From assembly GCA_000934665.2 (NCBI GenBank), contig JYFJ02003534.1:1-40440 (forward strand): 40,440 nucleotides of DNA, in the 5' to 3' direction. The notes beneath the pieces are model-generated. The model had not been told where the DNA came from and did no database searches. It saw nothing but the letters and a program-made list of their open reading frames with translations. A program made the position numbers and the translations under genes. This DNA is from Catajapyx aquilonaris (taxonomy: Eukaryota). Shown here one piece after another: positions 32,501-40,440 of this stretch; position 1 is the first letter of the stretch; each line of letters opens with the position of its first letter.

Positions 32501-35467
32501 ATTTTGTCAAGGTCAAAATTTGAAATCCAACCCTTCCCACTCTGCCGCACCATTTGAAACCCTCGCTAGTCACTCACAGAAAAACTACAGCGATGGCCTT
32601 TCCCCAAAAACATGCCATCTATGCAAAATGAATGTACTTGACAACGAAATGTCCTACAGACATATTCTTCACACTGTTGAGAAATAATAATAAAAAACAA
32701 GGATTTTGCATTCCATGGCTGTTATTTTTGCTTTTACCTTCTGCTGTCTATCATCTGGCTCTAAACCAGAAATACACAGTGAAGTTGATGGAAATATTTC
32801 AGATTTAGGAAGAAGTTCAATTGCAAACCTGCAACTTCTAGCGAAGGCCAATTTTGTGCAGAGTGAGATTGTGACGAAAATTATCATTTTCAGAAGCGAG
32901 CATTGATTCGACCCCCAGTAACAGATATGGAGAAGGTGCAGGCCACTCTAAAGCAGTTTGTTCGAGACTGGAGTGAGGCTGGCATAACTGAAAGAGAACA
33001 ATGCTACAGGCCAATTATTACTGAAATTGAGCAACAATTCCCCCAAAAGAAGTGGTAAGCAATGAACTTGGCATTTTATTTTTCCATAAACCAAAATTCC
33101 CTGTCTTTTTGATTCTGAGCAGCATCTCATGTATAAATATAGGAAGAGGTGATGACATCAATGAATGGAACAGTTGGAGTGGACGTTGTCTACGTAGACA
33201 GAGTCTGAATTCACAATAAATTATTTAGGAGTTTTTCAAGTGAACAAGTGTCTTCACAGTGTTAACCAAGCAAAGTGTCTTTTCTAGCCGTCTCATGTCA
33301 CCTAAAATGAAATGTGCAGGGCCACTATGCATTGATAAAAGTGGAGGATCTTGAGAGATTCTTCAAGATGTTGGTAATTACTGAAAGATACTGTTCTGTA
33401 CTGTACCTGTAGCACTTGATTTATATATGTTGATGAAATCCTTTAAACTTATATGAATAGTGTGTCTAGGACTCCTCTCTGACCAGATATGTGAAAACCA
33501 TGAAACACTCCAGGGGCCCTGCCAATAGCTATGAAACAATACCATACTGGCAGCTCTTGAAAGGCCCACCCTGTCAATGACTCCTGCATGGTGTACATGA
33601 GAGGAGTGATGCTAGCTTATTCAGGGAGCTATTGATAATAAAATCATTTTTAAAACTAAAAATCATCTTGTTGAGGTACAATTGGGATGGGAGATGTTGT
33701 TTGAGAGTTTGGAGAAGTTCTCCAGGTAGATAAATCAGAAAGTCAATGTCAATGGTATTTTCTGCAGTTTATTTTTTTATTTTTTTGCAAGGCAAGAGAA
33801 AAATGCTGACAGCGACAAAATTGGTAGACCTATCCTTTGCCACTGTTTGTAGTTTAAAAATTTGCAATTTTTTCTGAAAGGGAAAAGACCATATAAAAAT
33901 CGCACATCTAACCTCTAGAATTGTTGCAAGAGATGCTGACATATGATAGGTCTATTGATGTATGGCCCAGTGTAGCACTACGTTAATTTATGCCAGTCCG
34001 TGGGTAGTAGGGGGCATTGTTTAACTAGACTTCATTCATTTATTCTGGTGAAAGCTCTGGTACACACACTGATTGGAGAGTGCACAGCCAGTGTAAGCAG
34101 TGTTAAGGCATCCTTACACTGGCTTGCACCATGACCTCATTACACTACACCTGGCATCACTTGCACTACCCTTACACGACAACGGGCTATTAACAAAAAG
34201 ACCTAATATGTGCCACCTGTCCAAAACCAGTTTATTTATTTTGTACCTAGTTATCAGACATGGGGTCTTATGTCCAAAACCAGTTAAAAAATCGATTTGC
34301 CTAATCAAAGTTTTCATCATTTTGTTGATTGGGTCAGTTACTGTTACCAGCTTTTTATAAATATTTGATAATGTAAAAGGGTGATTAATGTTTCAGCTTG
34401 GCAATGTTTTCCGGCCATTGTAAAATCTGTCCATGAAACAGTCTGTTACTGATTTTGGCCCATGAAATGTTTACTTATCAGAAAACGCCTCTTTGCAGTA
34501 TCCCTCATCATGTGCGCATCTTAGTCCCAGGAGCAGGCTTGGGCCGGCTGGCATTTGAGCTAGCTAAACGAGGATATACCTGCCAAGGGAATGAATTCTC
34601 ACTTTTTATGCTGTTTGCTTCAAACTTCGTCTTGAACAAGTGAGTACAGGTGTCACGTAGTTTGTGTAAGATCATAGAATATTGTTTACTATCCCCAATG
34701 CTTTAATTTAAGGTGTAGGGGAGTGAACTTACACCGACTGTACCCATGGGTCCATCAGTATGTTAATAATATGAAACATGAAGATCAAGTGGCAGCAATA
34801 ACATTTCCAGATGTTGACCCATCTGATATACCACTTGAACCACACTTCTCGATGACTGCTGGTGACTTTCTAGAAGTGAGTATTGAATCGGTTAATGTTT
34901 TCCAGAGTACGTTGAATGTATTGTTCAGTTTGTCCTCTCAAGGGGAAGGTTTGGACTGGTCTTTGACTTTATCGGACATAGCTCGTATGTGGTTTAATAG
35001 CTGTTGTTGTGTGCCAGGAGGTTTGATGCCTGGGAGCTGGAATAAATATAATGCTGTATACTTATTTAGCTGCAATTAGAGATGAAAAATTTCTAAGGGC
35101 ATTTTTATTTGTAGCAGGGGGTTTAATGATGTGCAAGAAGATGAGGTTTAGTTAAAATTATAGACTGCTTACAAAGCTTCACCTTCAGGACTGCAGGACA
35201 TATTGCAAACTCTTGGCATCCACATCAATACAAAAGTTTAATTATTATTGTGCAATAAGCTTATATAATATGCATGGTTCTCTCCTTGAACAAATACCTC
35301 CAACTATACATTTTCCACATGCTTCCATATTTTTCACTCTTTTTTTTCTTTCCCAAAGGTGTACACAGAAAAAGACACCTGGGATTGCATTGCTACAAGC
35401 TTTTTTATTGACTGTGCCAGCAACATTGTTGAGTTTATAGAAACTATTCACAAGATTTTGAAACCAG
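28738..35467 (+). CDS. CARNMT1: Carnosine N-methyltransferase (C9orf41/N2227-like), first six coding exons; 3' exons not found in the window
   Basis: Exons 28738-28856, 31054-31249, 32894-33054, 34499-34639, 34713-34875, 35359-35467, with matching phases. [107 protein letters not shown]. Confidence 0.96.
29159..29545 (+). mobile_element. Full-length tRNA-derived SINE with (TAAA)n tail and 13-bp TSD
   Basis: A box TGGTCGAGATGG, B box GGTTCGATCCC, (TAAA)n tail about 29485-29545. TSD AATGTCACAGCTG at 29146-29158 and 29546-29558. Confidence 0.9.
29747..29841 (+). mobile_element. Left end of a Tigger/pogo-type element
   Basis: TA|CAGT start followed by GGGATTGGTTCC..CCCC..ATACCAAAATCCAC..CTCAAGTCC.TGATATAAAATGGC, resembling the recalled Tigger-family MER2 5' end. 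Confidence 0.6.
31366..31907. mobile_element. MITE with 4-bp AAAT TSD (Sola1-like)
   Basis: TIR of about 48 bp G(A/G)AGGGCTCGGGAGAAAAAC(T/G)TGATAACCGCCAGTGAAAAATGCAAAAG, plus an internal inverted block GAGTACCTTCATGA...CCCACCTGCAGAGAG...CAGTCAGCCTGTGA. AAAT flanks both sides. Confidence 0.75.
32105..32186 (-). mobile_element. Internally deleted fragment of the same SINE family as 29159-29545
   Basis: Reverse complement GTGTGGTGGCCGAGAT|CACCTGCACCTTTGGAGGTGTCTGG..CCTGGGGGATTGCACATG aligns to about 29168-29183 joined directly to about 29270-29326. Confidence 0.75.
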
Positions 35468-36555
35468 GTAAGGGTATTGTGTTTTTATTGAATTAAAAAT
35501 TCATTAAGCCTTAGTAAGTCAAGACGGCACCACATTGGGAATGGTTTTGGATAGAAACCAGGCGCTGTTTTTCGATTGGTCAAGAATATTTTACTTGGCA
35601 CGCATTAAATCACATTGCTCAATACAATGTACGCTACCCTGCATTAATGGCTATACACATCCAGCGCTGCCAGGTGGGAACATGTGGAAATAAGGAGCGC
35701 GGCTGCATCCAACATACTTGGAAGATAGAGTATCCTGTCAAGATATTGCGGTTGATTCAAACTCTTGCATCGCCATGCAAAGATGGATCATGGAGTTCTG
35801 TATTTATGGCAGCGTTTCTCAACTCGGGTTCCAGGAGAAATGGAGATGAATAGGCTAATCATATGTAAATGTATTTTTGAGTCGTTAATTGATTGGTCTA
35901 AGTCAGTGGTTCTTAACCTTTTCGGGCCTCTGCACCCCGTTGAAGACAGTTGGTCCTTGTCGCACTCCCTATACCAGGGGTGATTGATTATTAAGTTCAT
36001 AGTTAGAAGGGCACCTTGCTCGCCAGATCGAGGAATCGAAGTTATGGTACCCACCCACGGAAATAATGGTACTTTTCCGAAAAAATTTGGTACTCTCGAA
36101 AATGGTGTATTAAATGACAAGTAAATTGAATTTCAAATAAACACCCTTCAATGAAATAGTCGAACATGTCGTAAAGGGAGGGGAGCAAGCCCACCGCAGT
36201 AGAATTTTTTTGGTTCAAGGTCACACATTTGTGATGAATGTAACTGACTGGGAGATTTGAATGGGTGTGTCCTCTTAGCTATGAGATATGTATGGGAGTT
36301 GTACCTTGCATGTTGCATTTTCTAGAATTTTTTTACTTTGGCCCCATCATTTGTGGACACCCTGTATAAAAATCAAAATTTTTTGCAATTTTGGCTTTTG
36401 CTTAGTTGGCACCACAATACATATTTTATACCGAATATCCCCAACAAAATCAAGTGCACTGCACTATTGATATCCTAAAAATGGGAATATTGTCAACAAT
36501 TGCCACAGACTAATGAGACCACTTTTCTCTACTACTGTTGATCTTCTCTGACCTA

Positions 36556-39245
36556 ATAGTGGAAGCGGTTCGAACGATTTTTTCAGGGGAACCTGCATTT
36601 AATGATGAAAGCAAGCCGCTTTGCAGAGTGATACCTTAGACCCTTTGAATTGATTTCACCCGAGGAACCGGAAGATTTATCCCTTAGGATTCAAGATGGC
36701 GGACGTTTTCCAAGATGGAGGCGTAATGCTGTAAAACTCAATTTTGACTCGTCTTTGTACTTCTGCACTTCATGATGAAAGCTAATTGCTTTGCAGAGTG
36801 ATACCTTGGACCCTTTTAATTGATTTCACCCGAGGAACCGGAAGGTTTATCCCTTAGGATTCAAGATGGCGGACGTTTTCCAAGATGGCGGCGTAATACT
36901 GGAAAACTCAATAAATTTTGACTCTTCTTTTAGTGGGAGCGGTACAAGTAAAATGACAGAAAAAACCGCATTTGATGATAGAAACAAGCCACTTTGCACA
37001 CTTGTTCCTAACACCATAAGGTTCAATTTGACCCGGAGGATTCAAAATGGCGACCATCTTTTCAAAATGGACGACAATTTCGAAAAGTGTTGCTTTTTGG
37101 GGTACTCATGAATGAGGGGTGTCGATTCCGCATGATTTAAGGTCGCTAAACTCGAATTTGGCCATACCAATGCGCCATCTTGAATTATTTCTGCCCCAGA
37201 GGCGCCATTCTCCAAAATGGCGGCTTTTATTGTATACACCTCAAATTGTCCTAGAAGCGAATGTGATGTGTCGATTCCGGGTCATTTCCACATGCGAAGC
37301 TCAAATATGAACGGACCTTGGCGACATTTTGTGTCAATTAGGCCCCACAGGCGCCATTTTCCAAGATGGCGGCCTGATGTATTCTGTAAACTCGGAGCTA
37401 GTCGAAGCGGTACACAAAAATATGCTGCAAAATCTTGCAGAAAGCAAGCCACTTTGCACAGACGTTCCATAGACCAAGACGATCAATTTGACAAACAGCA
37501 CCCTGACCCCTGACCTTGTGGGGTCAAATGCAGGCCATTTTTGAAAAAGAAAGTAATATATTCTTTGTAAATTCCCAATTGCCTGTTCATGGCAATGTTG
37601 GTGTCATTTACGCATATTTCGAGGTCGACAAGTCGATTGGTAACATGCAGGAGGTCATAAGGTCACTAGTTTGTGACCTATGACCTCCATTTTGAAATTA
37701 CGTACCCTACTGGGTTATATCTAATCTCGGACTAAAAGGTGGCATGTGAGGTATTGTTTAGATATAATTTGATGTCATTGAAACCGAAAACGACAATAAA
37801 AATTCGGAACCATGCATCCGGTGACCTGTGGGGCGCCAAATTGGGGTTCAACTTATACCCTCTGGTGGGGATGTGCACCCGTAAGCGAATAGTATTAGAC
37901 GTGTTTGGTATCCTTGCAGCATAATAATTCGAGGTCGCTAAGACGATTGGTCATATTCAGAAGGTCAGAAGGTCACTAGTTTGTGACCTATGGCCGCCAT
38001 TTTGAAATTATCCTATCGGGAAATGTCTAAAGGTATTTGCATATGATGTGTGGCTTGTGAGGTGTCGATTACATATAATTTGCTGTCACTGAAACCAAAA
38101 ATGACACTAAAAATCTCGAATCATGCTTTCTGAGACCAGACAAGCACCATATTGGATTTCAACTGAAGCCCTTAGGTGGGGATATGCACCCGTAAGAGAA
38201 TAGTACACGTGCTTCGTGTCCTTACCACATTCCTTGCGATCGCTGCACCCAGAAATTATAGCTAATTTTCTTCTCCTGAATATCTTGTACTGAAAAAATA
38301 ATTGCTATTATATTAGATCTGAGAAGTCGCACAAAATGTACGTCTGTGCAAAGTGGCTTGCTTTCTGCAAGATTTTGCAGCATATTTTTGTGTACCGCTT
38401 CGACTAGCTCCGAGTTTACAGAATACATCAGGCCGCCATCTTGGAAAATGGCGCCTGTGGGGCCTAATTGACACAAAATGTCGCCAAGGTCCGTTCATAT
38501 TTGAGCTTCGCATGTGGAAATGACCCGGAATCGACACATCACATTCGCTTCTAGGACAATTTGAGGTGTATACAATAAAAGCCGCCATTTTCATTTTGGA
38601 GAATGGCGCCTCTGGGGCAGAAATAATTCAAGATGGCGCATTGGTATGGCCAAATTCGAGTTTAGCGACCTTAAATCATGCGGAATCGACACCCCTCATT
38701 CATGAGTACCCCAAAAAGCAGCACTTTTCGAAATTGTCGTCCATTTTGAAAAGATGGTCGCCATTTTGAATCCTCCGGGTCAAATTGAACCTTATGGTGT
38801 TAGGAACAAGTGTGCAAAGTGGCTTGCTTCTATCATCAAATGCGGTTTTTTCTGTCATTTTACTTGTACCGCTCCCACTAAAAGAAGAGTCAAAATTTAT
38901 TGAGTTTTCCAGTATTACGCCGCCATCTTGAAAAACGTCCGCCATCTTGAATCCTAAGGGATAAACCTTCCGGTTCCTCGGGTGAAATCAATTAAAAGGG
39001 TCCAAGGTATCACTCTGCAAAGCAATTAGCTTTCATCATGAAGTGCAGAAGTACAAAGACGAGTCAAAATTGAGTTTTACAGCATTACGCCTCCATCTTG
39101 GAAAACGTCCGCCATCTTGAATCCTAAGGGATAAATCTTCCGGTTCCTCGGGTGAAATCAATTCAAAGGGTCTAAGGTATCACTCTGCAAAGCGGTTTGC
39201 TTTCATCATTAAATGCAGGTTTTTTTCACGTACCGCTTCCACTAT
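36556..39245. mobile_element. Foldback-type element: near-perfect inverted arms of about 875 bp around a spacer of about 875 bp
   Basis: 36590-37465 is the reverse complement of 38340-39221 (mirror ORFs appear in the track). Outer ATAGTGGAAGCGGT / ACCGCTTCCACTAT. Arms carry 170-bp direct repeats; the spacer carries a diverged tandem duplication of about 310 bp. Confidence 0.85.
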
Positions 39246-40151
39246 AAAGTACGCTAAAATACTGCTTTCTGAAACAATTTTTAAAAATATTTTAATCCAG
39301 CAATCAATTTATAATGATCCATTTAAGTACCATTAATGTACCATTTAAAGGTACTTAAATGGATATAAGTGCTCTCTGCATGCAATAATGCCAATTGCAC
39401 TTTTTCTGGTGTCAGAGGTCCAGTTGTACATATTATCAAGGCCGGCCCTACGGGGCCTAGGGCAAGAACTAAATGCTATTCTCCGTGAGTGAATTTCTGT
39501 ACGACACGAATTGCGTATCCAACAATTTTGTTGGCTGACTTTCTATAATAACGTACAACTGAGGGGTGTAGACAGAAATTGTGTTAAAAAGATTGAAATT
39601 GCAAATTTTAAACATTTAATTTTTAAAATTATACCCCTTTATTTTTCGCTGGTTTTCACGTATGTTGTAGCCCTACATGTGAACTACATGTGGCCATATC
39701 AGTCCTGTTGGCTAGTATAATACTAAGGAAGATTGGGCCTCTTAAGCGAGACCCCCTCCATATATGTCGTCATTATGATGGGTACACCCAACATGCAAAT
39801 CGCCCCACCTTGCTCAGTGCAAATGTTGATATTCAAGTTGGGATGATCACTGGTGAGAGTACGACACATGTAAGACTCCTTTGGTAGCCCACACCCCCCT
39901 CCGCAAGCAAACCCATGCCTCCCACCCCACAAACACACCTAGCCAATTATAATTATATTGTGGTGGTCCTGTTGGCCACATTGTGTTATTGTTGTTGTGT
40001 AGCAACAAGAATAGTGTTCAGTCTAGAATAAAATGTTAGAGAGAACTGACGTGTTCTGGAACTCGGGCACTGCCTTGTCTGGCCATGGTCCCTGCTGGTG
40101 GCAAGGGGTCCACTACAATATTATATATAATAAGATTACGCTTCTGCTCAC

Positions 40152-40377
40152 CCTTCACGCGGATGTGAAGACTTGACACGTCCACTCCTTGAACCATGGC
40201 TTGATCGAACAGAACTTCCTGGCATTTCTGGAGGAAGGAGGGTCGACTGTTGTTGATGTACTCCTCTAGGTCATGCGGGAAGCGTCTGTGGACACTCCTG
40301 ATGGCTTCGGCTATGGTAGCGACTAGGTGGAACAGACTAGCGGTCTCCAGCGACTCGGGTTGGAGGTAAACAGGCAT
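40152..40377 (-). CDS. Putative first coding exon of an unidentified gene, antisense to and downstream of CARNMT1 exon 6
   Basis: Acceptor TGTTGTGTTGCAG, then CC-ATG. GC-rich, codon-like 75 aa MPVYLQPESLETASLFHLVATIAEAIRSVHRRF... ending at donor AGG|GTGAGC. Downstream exons not resolved. Confidence 0.45.
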
Positions 40378-40440
40378 GGCTGCAACACAACAGAAGCCTC
40401 GACATTATTTCAAAAAGAGGGTCAAAATAATGTCGAGGCT

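Noticed and set aside
36866..38945. Duplicated ORFs (81 aa, 93-98 aa, 65-67 aa) on opposite strands
   Set aside because: Products of the inverted repeat; their ATGs come from the AAGATGGC motif and they show no protein-family features.
40113..40151. 39-nt GT-AG intron joining the candidate exon to DPLPPAG...
   Set aside because: Shorter than the other introns here (about 56 nt or more), and it leads quickly to a stop.

Overview
Eukaryotic, intron-rich genomic DNA from an invertebrate, most likely an arthropod judging from the AP-3 sigma and Scp2/calexcitin sequences. The ORF track is mostly noise, so I assembled the genes by hand from GT-AG sites and phase matching. Five protein-coding genes: (1) a 5-exon minus-strand gene of about 1865 aa (12107->2600) with a recognisable C3orf20-like domain that is split by an in-frame insert of about 680 aa and surrounded by tandem-repeat and charged tracts; (2) AP-3 complex subunit sigma (+, 13522-16822, 191 aa), head-to-head with gene 1; (3) GATAD1 (-, 23687->18136) with an unusual start region; (4) a calexcitin/Scp2-type EF-hand protein (-, 26243->24868, 184 aa); (5) carnosine N-methyltransferase CARNMT1 (+, from 28738, 3' end not found in the window). 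A possible antisense nested coding exon lies at 40152-40377. Introns and intergenic DNA hold many non-autonomous transposons defined by TIRs and TSDs (Transib-like with CACAGTG ends, P-like, Sola1-like, PIF/Harbinger, mariner, hAT, piggyBac, Kolobok-like, Tigger-like), tRNA-derived SINEs with TSDs, and a 2.7-kb foldback element rich in YY1-type motifs. Homology calls come from recalled family sequences, not database searches.
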